DNA of 64,000 nt, taken from NCBI GenBank assembly GCA_048213135.1, contig PS015126.1:1-64000 (forward strand), in the 5' to 3' direction. The translations under genes and the position numbers were made by a program. The DNA is from Reclinomonas americana ATCC 50394 (Eukaryota). The notes under the pieces are model-generated. The model was not told where the DNA came from, did not search any database, and saw only the letters and a list, made by a program, of their open reading frames with translations. Positions 12,900-23,382 of the stretch are shown piece by piece. Each line of letters starts with the position of its first letter. Within the stretch, counting starts at the first letter, position 1.

Positions 12900-15800
12900 A
12901 TGCACTCCCTCGTCTGTCTAACACTCATCCTCCTCTTTCTCGTTCACACACTCGTTGGCACTGCAAGTTGCGTTTGCGTGTGCGGCGCGCTTTTTCGCGC
13001 CTTGTGCACCTCCCGTGTATTGCTCACACGCACCCACGCACTTCTCTCACAATTCACCTCCGCACAGGCGCCCAGACGGTCACCACCGCCGTCGCCAACA
13101 ACATCACCGGCACGTCCGCCACTCTCAATTCATGGGTCAATCCCAACAATGTCGCCGGCGGCACCTCCAACTCCTTCGAGTGGTCCCCCTATGCTGCCAC
13201 TGTGGGCGTCTCCTCTGCCACCGTCTCCACTTTTGTGGGCACCGCTGGCTCATGGGGAACTGCGGATGGTGTTGGCGCCAGCGCACAACTGAATGGACCT
13301 CTGGTGCGCACTGATGATTATCCTTTCTGTGCGTGTAACGTGCTGGGCCTAATTCACTGCGCGACTGTGTACTGTCTGCAGGGTCTCACCTTTGACGCCA
13401 TGGGCAACTTGTACGTGGGCGAATACAAGTTTCGGCATGCACCCGCTCTTGTTCACAGTCTGTTCGATCCGACTCACTCTCCCTCGCACTCAATGATGAT
13501 NNNNNNNNNNNNNNNNNNNNGGGAGGGGGAGAGGGAGAAAACTAGCGCCATGCATTTCTCTATTCTCAACTGCGTCTTCTGTTTGTGCGTGAGTGCAGCC
13601 GACCGCGTGAACAACTCCATCCGAGCCATTGATACGGTGGCGATGACGGTGACGACGGTGGCGGGTTCGACCAGCGGCACATCTGGATCCACGGATGCCA
13701 CCGGTGAGTTTATCTTTGCGGCTCTGCGTGGTCGTCTGTGCACGTGTGTGAGTGTTGGGTGAATGAGTGTGTGTTTACAAGTGAGTGAGTGAGTAAGTGA
13801 GTGAGTGAGTGAGTGATAGTTTGCATTCGCGCTGATCGTTTCTGCAGGAACGACTTCTCGCTTCAGCGCCCCAGTGGGCCTGGCATTCGACGCCGGAAAC
13901 AACGTCATCTACATCTCTGATGTTGTGTGTCTCCTCCTTCCACTCTGAGCGCTGTCTTGATTCTCACTGCCAAATACGCCACGCAGTCTGGCAACAATAC
14001 TATGCGACAGTTCCGCGTTTCAAACTCGTCCGTGTCAACGATTGGCGGCGCGGCGGGCGTGAGTGGATCAGCCAACGGCAGCGCTTTGACGGTGGCGCGC
14101 TTCACACAGCCCCACTTCATCGCATTCGATGCATCGACTGCTTCCGTACTTGTCTCCGACCACGGTACGAACATCATCCGTCGCCTCTCGCTGGCGTCAC
14201 AATCGGTGTCAGCCACCCCCGCCACTTCCACGGGCTCCCTCGCCACGTCCATCACAGCCTCTCTGACTGGATTGGCAAGCAACTGGACATACTATTATCG
14301 CGCCGTCGGTGTCACCTCCACACCCAGCACCATCAACGGCGCCACCGTGTCGTTCACCACCACCACCAATGTGGCTCCGACCGATATTAGCTGCTCGTCG
14401 ACGACATATGTGTCGCCATCGGTGGCGAATCAAGTCGTGTGTGCGTTGCAGACGACGGACGCGAATGCGGGGCAGTCGTTCACATACTCGATTGTCGGCG
14501 GTGCCAACAGCGCAGTGTTTTCGATCAGCGGACAGTCGCTGGTGATTGTGGCGGCGGGGCAGGCGGGCAGTTCGCTGGCGGTGACGATCCGGTCGACGGA
14601 CAATGGAACGCCGGCGCTCTTCTTCGACAAGGCGTTCACCATTGCCACGGGTGAGGCACATGTTACCCTGCATGGTCTTGTGTGCTCTGTGTCTGTCTGT
14701 CCATCTATCTATCTTGCATCTCTCAAGCACACACGTGCGCGCATGTAGCGCAGGTTGCTTCACCATGTTGTTTCTCTGCTGCCCGCATTTCTCGGTTGCG
14801 TGTGTCTCTCTTTTTCTCATTCTCATGCTTTCCTGTCCTGCGGGTTGATTCATTCTCTTGCCCCTTCCTCATCTCTCATTCTCTACCCCTTTCTCCTTCC
14901 CCTTCTTTCTCTCCTTTTGCTCTCTCTGTCTCACACACACGTAATCTAGTTTTCCTCCAGATATTCTCTCTTCCCTGTCCACTTCCTCGTCATGTTGGTC
15001 ATTTACCTGTTGATGTGTCACAGCCACCCAATCGCTGGCCACGCTCACGGCCAGCAGTGTCACCACGTCGTCGGCAACATTGAATGCGGTGGTGGGCAAC
15101 TCTGTGGCGGCCTCGACAATGACCAACTCGTTCGAGTGGGCGCCTTCAGCGGCTGCACTCGGCGTCACGCCAGCCGTGTCGACATGGGTGGGTACGGCGG
15201 GCATGTCTGGTTCGACGGATGGCACGGGGACTGCTGCTCGTTTATCTGCACCGGCAGTTTGTCGTCATTCAAATCGGTAAGTTATTCGTAACTCAGTGCT
15301 CACTTTGGCATTGCAGAGCATCGCTTTTGATGCTTCGGGCACTGCGTTCGTGTGCGATATGTGGAACCGCACGATTCGGCAAGTCACGAGTGGAGGTGTG
15401 ACATCGACGTTTCTGGGAACTGCCGGAGCTGTAAGCTTTGTCGATGGGATCGGCAGCGCCGCGCTGTTTGATTCACCAACCGATGTGTCGATTGACTTGA
15501 CCACAGGGTACCTCTACATTGTTGATGTTGCGTTGCTGTCGGTGTCCGTGAAAGAGTTCCTCTGCCCCTGACGGCTGCCGTCTCCAGCAATCTAACCATG
15601 CCATCCGTGTGAGCACTGCATCCGGCTCTGTATCGACACTGGCTGGCAACGGGTCATCCGGCACTGCCAATGGCACTGGATCCAGTGCGAGGTTTAACAG
15701 ACCGCATGGCATCGTGGTTGATCCTTCGAACAAGGCAATGTACGTTGGTGACTGGCAGAACAACGCCATCAGAAAGGTGCGTGCGCGCATCTACGACCGC

Positions 15801-18800
15801 TGTGTTTGTATGATCACACAACGTTACTCCGTTTCTTAGGTCACATTCGGCGGCGAGGTCACCACCTACTGTGGCACTATTGGATCACCCGGTACAGTTG
15901 ATGGGGCATGTGTAACAACAGCACGGTTTGGCGGACCCAACGGCTTGGCACTGGACTCGACGGCCAATCGACTGTACGTTGGTTCGTGTTTGTTGTATGG
16001 TCTATGCTATTATTGTGACACTAGATGTGCACTTACGCGGTTGGGTGCGAGCAGCTGATCGAGATCGCCACAACATTCGTGCGATCGACATGCTGGCGAT
16101 GACGGTGTCAACTCTGGCCGGCTCGCTCTCTGGGGTTTCAGGAGCGACAGATGCCACAGGCACTGCGGCTCGATTCAACGAACCCATTGGCATCCAGCTT
16201 GATCGAGCTCGTGGCGTTCTTTACGTTGCTGACGTTGCGTCGGGTTATTATGCAACGGACGTAAAGTAGTTTCTCGAATCATTTATTTTTATGCCTGTTG
16301 AAGTTTAACAACTCCACCATTCGCCAAGTCGTCGTCAGCACCGGCGCCGTAACAACCATCGCCGGCGCTGCGGGAGCCACAGGAACAGCCGACGGCAGCC
16401 CTGTGACAAGTGCTCGATTCAATGGCCCGGTTTGTTTGTCTGGTGCTTGTGGCGACTAATTTGATGCGTCTCTCATTTTGTCTGTCCAGGTGTTTATGGC
16501 GTACGATGCCACATCATCCACTCTGTATATTGCAGGTGTGCTATGAAAGGAGAGATTGAACCACCGGTTTGTCTTGTCTTCTTTCTCATATTGCACCGTA
16601 GAGTACAACAACAACACCATTCGCCGACTCACCATCGGCTCCACCACCGTCTCGGCCACCCCGGCCACCTCCGGCGTCGCCTCCAGCACCACACTGTCCG
16701 CATCGCTGACGTCACTCGCCGCCAACTGGACGTACTACTTTCGTGCCCTCGCCACCTCCACCGTGCCCAGCACCCTCACCGGCTCCACAATGTCGTTCAC
16801 TACCTCCAACGCGGCGCCGACTGACATTACCTGCTCTACCACCACTTATGTTGCTCCATCGACGGCCAACATGCCTGTTTGTACTTTGAGTACCGGCGAC
16901 GATAACGCGGGACAGTCGTACACGTACGCGGTCAGCGGTGGCGCAAACGGCAGCGCGTTCTCCCTGGGTGGAGGAGGCGCCCAGTTGCAGATCACCTCGG
17001 CGGGACAATCTGCCAGTCCACTTGTTGTCACGATTCGCTCGTTTGACAATGGCACGCCGCCGATGTTCTTCGACAAGTCATTCAGTGTGACGTCGGGTGA
17101 GTAGATGATTGATTGAGACTGTTGTTTCTCGGCGTGGATGCTGACCTTGTCTTCCACAGTGAACAATGCGCCAACGGCAGTGACATTGAGTGCAAGCTCG
17201 TACATTCCGCCCAGCACGGCGGGACTGGCGATTGGCTCGATGAGCACGAGTGACGTGGACTCGCAGCAGTCGTTCACGTATTCGGTGGTGGGTGGTGCGA
17301 GCAGTGCGCTGGTGACGATTGTGTCTGGCAATCAGCTACAGTTTGCGAATGCGGGCGTAGCGGCATCGTTGGTGGTGATTGTGCGCACGACCGACAATGG
17401 CAACCCTGCGATGTCGTTCGATCAGACGCTCAACATTGCTGGTTGCGTGCTGTTGTGATTGCGAATCGTCGTGGTGCGTAATGGTGCTGATAGTGTGGCC
17501 TCTGCAGCGCCGACTGTGGCATCGCTGTCGGCCACCTTTGTGTCGGCACTGGCTGGCCAAGTGGTGACGCTGACAGGAACCGCGCTGGTGAACACCTCGG
17601 CCGACGCATCGGCGTATGTGTTGGCCACTCCCCTTTGTGGCGCGACAACACCGCCGACGGCCGTGGCCAGCACCACCATTAGCAGTGCATTCGGCAGTGC
17701 GACCAGCATCACGCTGACAATTGGAGCAGCGGGTGCAGCCGTAGGCACGTACGAGCTGTGCACGCGATGGACTCCTGCCAAGACATATCTGGCGGTGTCG
17801 GCATTTGCCATTGGTGAGGAATGAGGGGAAGGGAGAGGGGAGAGAGGAGGGGGGGAGGGAGAAGGAGTGGAGGAACAAGGAAAGGGAGTTGGGTGGAAGA
17901 GAGGGCACAGGGAGAGGGTGAGTGGCGAGGGAAGAGAGCGCAGGGAGAGGAGAGGAGCGAGGAGGGAGAGGGAAAGGGAAGGGAACTGGAGAGAAAGAGA
18001 GAAGAGCAGCGAGAGAAAGAGTGAAATCTGAGCGAAGAGGGAGAAGTGAGAAGGANNNNNNNNNNNNNNNNNNNNNNNNNNNNNNNNNNNNNNNNNNNNN
18101 NNNNNNNNNNNNNNNNNNNNNNNNNNNNNNNNNNNNNNNNNNNNNNNNNNNNNNNNNNNNNNNNNNNNNNNNNNNNNNNNNNNNNNNNNNNNNNNNNNNN
18201 NNNNNNNNNNNNNNNNNNNNNNNNNNNNNNNNNNNNNNNNNNNNNNNNNNNNNNNNNNNNNNNNNNNNNNNNNNNNNNNNNNNNNNNNNNNNNNNNNNNN
18301 NNNNNNNNNNNNNNNNNNNNNNNNNNNNNNNNNNNNNNNNNNNNNNNNNNNNNNNNNNNNNNNNNNNNNNNNNNNNNNNNNNNNNNNNNNNNNNNNNNNN
18401 NNNNNNNNNNNNNNNNNNNNNNNNNNNNNNNNNNNNNNNNNNNNNNNNNNNNNNNNNNNNNNNNNNNNNNNNNNNNNNNNNNNNNNGAGTGGCGGGGAAG
18501 CAGGGAAAGGGGAGAGAGAGAGAAGGCAGAGGGAGAGGAAGAGAGAGGGCCGAGGGAGAGGAAGAGGAAGAGGGAAAGGGAGAGGGAGAGGGAGAGGGAG
18601 AGCTGAACCGTTGTCTGTGTGAATGTGCAGGGAGTGTTGGTCCGAGCGACATTTTGCTTTCTGGACCGCAGACATACTCGAGTGCGACGGTGCCATTCAC
18701 GGTGGGCACACTGAGCATGGTGGATCTCAACACGGGACAGACGCCGACATTCAGCATTGTGGGCGGTGTGCATGCGGCTATGTTCACCGTCGTGGGTGGC

Positions 18801-20594
18801 AATCAGCTAACGCTGTCGGTGGCTCCGCCACTGAGTCGGCGACTGCAAGTGTTTGTGCAAGTGAGCGACGGGGCGCTGACGTACACCAAACAGTTCATGG
18901 TTGTGTACGGTGCGTGGGTGGGGAAGGGAAAGGGGGAGGGAGGGAAGAGGGGAAAGGAGGGAAGAGGGAGAAGAGAGGGAAATTGGGAAGAGAAGGTGGA
19001 AGAGAGTGACAGGGGGAAGGGAGGAAAGGAAGAAGAGAGGAAAAGGGAAAGAGAGTGACAGGGGAAGAGAAGCAGGAAGAGGAAGAGAGCGAAAGAAGAA
19101 AAGAGAGAAGAGAGGGAAGAGGGGGAAAGGGGAAGAGAGGGAAATTGGGAAGAGAAGTGGAGGGGGGAAGAGAGGGAAATTGGGAAGAGAAGTGAAGGGG
19201 GGGAGAGATGGAAAGGGGGAAGAGGGGGAAGAGGGAGAAAAGAGGGAAAGGGTGAAGAGGGAGAAGAGAGAGAAAGGTGGAAGAGAAAGGGGGAAGAGAG
19301 GGAAATTGGGTGGAGAAGGAAAGGGAGGAAGAGATGGAAAGGGGNNNNNNNNNNNNNNNNNNNNCAAGAGGGGGAAAGGGGACAGAGAGCGGAAGGGGAA
19401 GAGAGCGAAATTCGAAGAGAGCGAAACGGGGAAGAGAGGGAACGGGGAAGAGAGCGAAAGGGGAAGAGGGAAAGGGGGAAGAGGGAAAGAGAGGGAAGGG
19501 GAAAGGGAGAAAGGAAGGGAAAGGGGGAAGATGGTGAAAGGGGGAGGGGAATTTTGGGGATAGGCTACATGGCGTAGATAGCAAGGGAATAGTGAAAGAG
19601 CGGAGATCGCAGATGTGACTAGTGGAAAACAGCAATGGTAAAGAGACAAATGAAAGCTCATTTAGATTGCGGGTGTGTATCTAGTTGCAGCAAAAAGAGA
19701 CATTGTTGTCTGTTGGATGTTCTCTCTCTCTCTCACACACACACACTCCCTCCCTCTCACTCTGTCGAAGTGGCTCCTTCTACGGCATTTGAGGGTTTCT
19801 TGCTGAAAATAGAATGTCTTATCGCTTGTGCAGCATCGAATACAAGTTGTTCTACGCTGCAGAACGGCGTCGTGGCTCGTTGCGTTGCTTGTCAGCTCAG
19901 GTGAGCATCATCGCCGGTCGCCTCACTGTTTGCTATACGAGCAGCCGAGTTGGAGGTGTGTCAGTTCGAGGCAGTGGATCGACCTGGCGGCACAATCTTG
20001 GGGTCGCTCGTCTCTGTGCGCAATGAGATCGGTTGCTGCGAACTGTGCGATCGATCCTCACTGTGTCGGTCGTGGACATTCTTGGATGCTGCTGCGGCGT
20101 CGAACTCTCTTGGAGTGAGTGTGTGCACGCTGAAGGCACGTGATCGAAAGTGAGAAAGGGATTGTGTGGAATGGCAAGCTCACCTTCTTGTTGCTCGCAG
20201 AGCACGGTGCCGGCAACTGCTGCGAATGCAGAGACCAGCAACGTGTGCGGCTCCCACTTCTGCTTGGTGTCGGGACGCAAGACGAGTGCGGCGGCGTATG
20301 ACAGCAGCGGCTTCCTGACCAGCACGGGTGAGTCCTCGCAGAGAAAAGAGATGAGAGAGAGATCTGTGACTGACATTGTATGCAGATCGTCCTGGAGGTG
20401 ACCTCACGTGGGCCATCAAGACGATGACCGGACCGCAAGCATGCTCACTGTGGTGCTCCCAACTGACTGCCTGCGGCTCATGGACATTCACTACGTCGAC
20501 CAAGCAGTGCGTGCCGAAGAGCGGCGTGGTGGCCACGTCGACAGGGACGGCGTGTGCGACGAGCGGGGACTGCACGTCGGGATTGAAGATTTGA
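12900..20594 (+). CDS. Large secreted multidomain protein, copy 2 (tandem paralog of 4973-12787)
   Basis: Same exon/domain order; MHSLVCLTLILLFLVHTLVGTA signal peptide; ends ...SGDCTSGLKI* at 20594; long stretches near-identical to copy 1. Confidence 0.82.
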
Positions 20595-20637
20595 AGTGCA
20601 GTAGGCAAGTCGACCTCTGAAGTACACGCTCCCTCTG

Positions 20638-21078
20638 ACACACACAAGAAAGCTGCTGCTGCCCTCAATATTGGTGTTCGTGTTGATGTTTTGGATACGG
20701 TCGGACTTGGTCATTAAGATAGCTGTTGTTTGTTTCGGAGAAGTATCGCGATGGGATGCGTGCTGTCGAGCAACACACGCACAAGCGTGTTGTCTTCTAT
20801 ACACTGGTGTTTGGCTCCGGTGGCATCGTCCCGAAACGGACTGGTGACAACGTGGCCGAACTGGTGCATGGCCGTTCACCTCAGGAGCGTCGAAGCAGTG
20901 ACGACACGGATCGCTTGCTGTCGAAACTGTGTAGCTGCGCTGCGCGCCACGACCATACAAACAACAATTCATTCACCAACAAACAAGCAACAGCTGTCTT
21001 GATGACCAAGTTCAACCGTATCCAAAACATCAACACAGACACCAATCTTGAGGCAGCTGCAGGTTCCTTGTGTGTGTG
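20638..21078. repeat. Imperfect ~95-bp inverted repeat pair (20638-20735 / 20981-21078), candidate structured ncRNA pair or MITE
   Basis: Reverse complement of the left arm aligns to the right arm with an identical 22-nt core ACCGTATCCAAAACATCAACAC. Confidence 0.8.
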
Positions 21079-21675
21079 TGTGTGTTCGCTCTCGGAGCTC
21101 CGAACAAGTCGAGAGCTGCGATCTTCACCGCATAAGCGTGGTTGACCAATAGATTTGACGCACTTGCATACACCAACAACTCTTGCTATCCTTCTGCATT
21201 CCTTTTTGGAATTCGGCGTCAAATCCATGCTTGTTGTCATGAGCCGTGGTTTCTCTTGCAGAAACGCCAGCATTAGCCATCTCGACTTTTTCTCGCTTTT
21301 NNNNNNNNNNNNNNNNNNNNTCATCATGCAGCTGTGTTGTTGTTTGGATTAGCAAAGTTGTTGTTGTTTTTGTTTGTGGGGTTTGTTCGAATTATCTTCA
21401 AGAGATTGAGGTGTTCTGTGGCGGCAACCGTGAGGAGCTCGCGTAGAATTACAATAGATCCATGCGTATCGACACCAGGCACCGCTGCGGGTCTCCGGCG
21501 AAGAAATTCGACTTCGCGCATGGATTGAGCGGAGGACCGGAGCTTCTCGTCGCGAGTTTTCAGACAAAGAATCCCTCACACACTCCGCGTTTGCATGCGC
21601 ACACAGCAGCAGCAGCAGAAGCAGCAGCAACAAGTCGACGCTGGCGGTGACGACCAACTCGTTGACGAGCATCTC

Positions 21676-22118
21676 ATGTCCGGTTCCACCGCCCTCCGTC
21701 GCCCCGTTCCCTCGGCCACCTCCCCCGCACTCCTCTTCTCCGGCCTGCTCCTCTTTGCCGCCCTCGGCCTCACCGTCTTCATTGTGGTGGTGTACACACT
21801 GGCGACCGACGGATCGCCGTTCCGTGCCGATGTACTGACACCGTGGATGGGCGCCACTCTGCTCGACTTTTACACGAATGTCACGGTGTTGGTGGCGTGG
21901 ATATGGTATCGAGAGACGTCGTGGTTGTGGCGAGTTGTGTGGCTGGTGTTGCTGGTCGCCACTGGGAGCATCGCCACGTGTGCGTATGTGTGCATTCAGT
22001 TGTTCAAGGTGCGTTGGTGTTCTTCAAAGGGTAATTGGCGCGATTGCTGACAACTGGGGTGGAATAGGTGTGGCGACGTCGGTTGCCGATTCAGTGGGCG
22101 TTGTTGCGCGAGCGATAG
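21676..22118 (+). CDS. DUF1475-like small multi-pass membrane protein (2 exons)
   Basis: YTLATDGSPFR...LTPWMGATLLDFY.N...AWIWYRE...W.VLLV..GS...CAY...QLFK resembles the DUF1475 family as recalled; intron AAG|GTGCGT...AATAG|, then VWRRRLPIQWALLRER*. Confidence 0.7.
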
Positions 22119-22240
22119 GACGAGGGAGAGGGAAGGGGAGGGAGATAGAAAAGGAGATATAAACAGAGAAAAAAGAGATCAGAAGGCGAATCAATCCAAA
22201 AGGTTCAAGCGGTGGCCAAGGCACGCTAATAACGCATGCG

Positions 22241-22834
22241 AAGAGCGATTATCCCCTCTCACTTACTCATTGTGATCCACAAGGTCGTGACTGATAGCAT
22301 GTGGTGGTCGGGGCTCGCATAAGCCCCATGCAAAGAGCGATTATTCTCTCTCTCTCTCACTCATTTTGATCTACAAGGTGGCAACTGCTACCAAGAGGTG
22401 GCTAAAAACCCCGTCTAAAGAGCGATCAACTCTCTCTCTCTCTCTNNNNNNNNNNNNNNNNNNNNNNNNNNNNNNNNNNNNNNNNNNNNNNNNNNNNNNN
22501 NNNNNNNNNNNNNNNNNNNNNNNNNNNNNNNNNNNNNNNNNNNNNNNNNNNNNNNNNNNNNNNNNNNNNNNNNNNNNNNNNNNNNNNNNNNNNNNNNNNN
22601 NNNNNNNNNNNNNNNNNNNNNNNNNNNNNNNNNNNNNNNNNNNNNNNNNNNNNNNNNNNNNNNNNNNNNNNNNNNNNNNNNNNNNNNNNNNNNNNNNNNN
22701 NNNNNNNNNNNNNNNNNNNNNNNNNNNNNNNNNNNNNNNNNNNNNNNNNNNNNNNNNNNNNNNNNNNNNNNNNNNNNNNNNNNNNNNNNNNNNNNNNNNN
22801 NNNNNNNNNNNNNNNNCGTACGTACGTACGTACG

Positions 22835-22897
<63 letters not shown>

Positions 22898-22986
22898 GTA
22901 CTACGTACGTACGTACGTACGTACGTACGTACGTACGTACGTACGTACGTACGTACGTACTACGTACGTACGTACTACTACTACTA

Positions 22987-23071
<85 letters not shown>

Positions 23072-23326
23072 CGTTCGCTCATTGTGATCCACAAGTTGGC
23101 AACTGATATCAAGAGGTGGTTAGAAACCCCACGTAGATAGCTCTCCCTCCCTCCCTCCCTTCCTCCCTTCCTCCCTCTCTCATCTCTCTCTCTCTCTCTC
23201 TCTCTTATTTCTCCCTCCCTCTCTCACCCTTCTCTCTCATGCGATCCACATGGTGCAGACTGATATCAAGAGGCAGCTAGAAAACCCATGCAAAGAGCGA
23301 CAATATATCTCTCCCTCTCTCATTGC
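22241..23326. repeat. Degenerate tandem repeat (about 4 visible copies, ~70-bp core separated by CT microsatellite), interrupted by a gap
   Basis: Recurring CTCATTGTGATCCACAAGgTgGCAACTGATAtCAAGAGGtGGcTAgAAACCCC..AAAGAGCGA at ~22266, 22360, 23078, 23236. Confidence 0.7.
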
Positions 23327-23382
23327 GCGAGTGTATTGCCGGCGATGGGTGGCTTCAAGCAACGGAAAAACACGACGCCGGA

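Noticed and set aside
20991-21059. SECIS-like ATGA...AA...TGA hairpin
   Set aside because: Spacing and helix II do not fit the SECIS consensus, and no in-frame TGA selenoprotein is evident upstream
21125-21521. Short minus-strand ORFs spanning a gap
   Set aside because: No recognisable motif and no consistent frame across the gap
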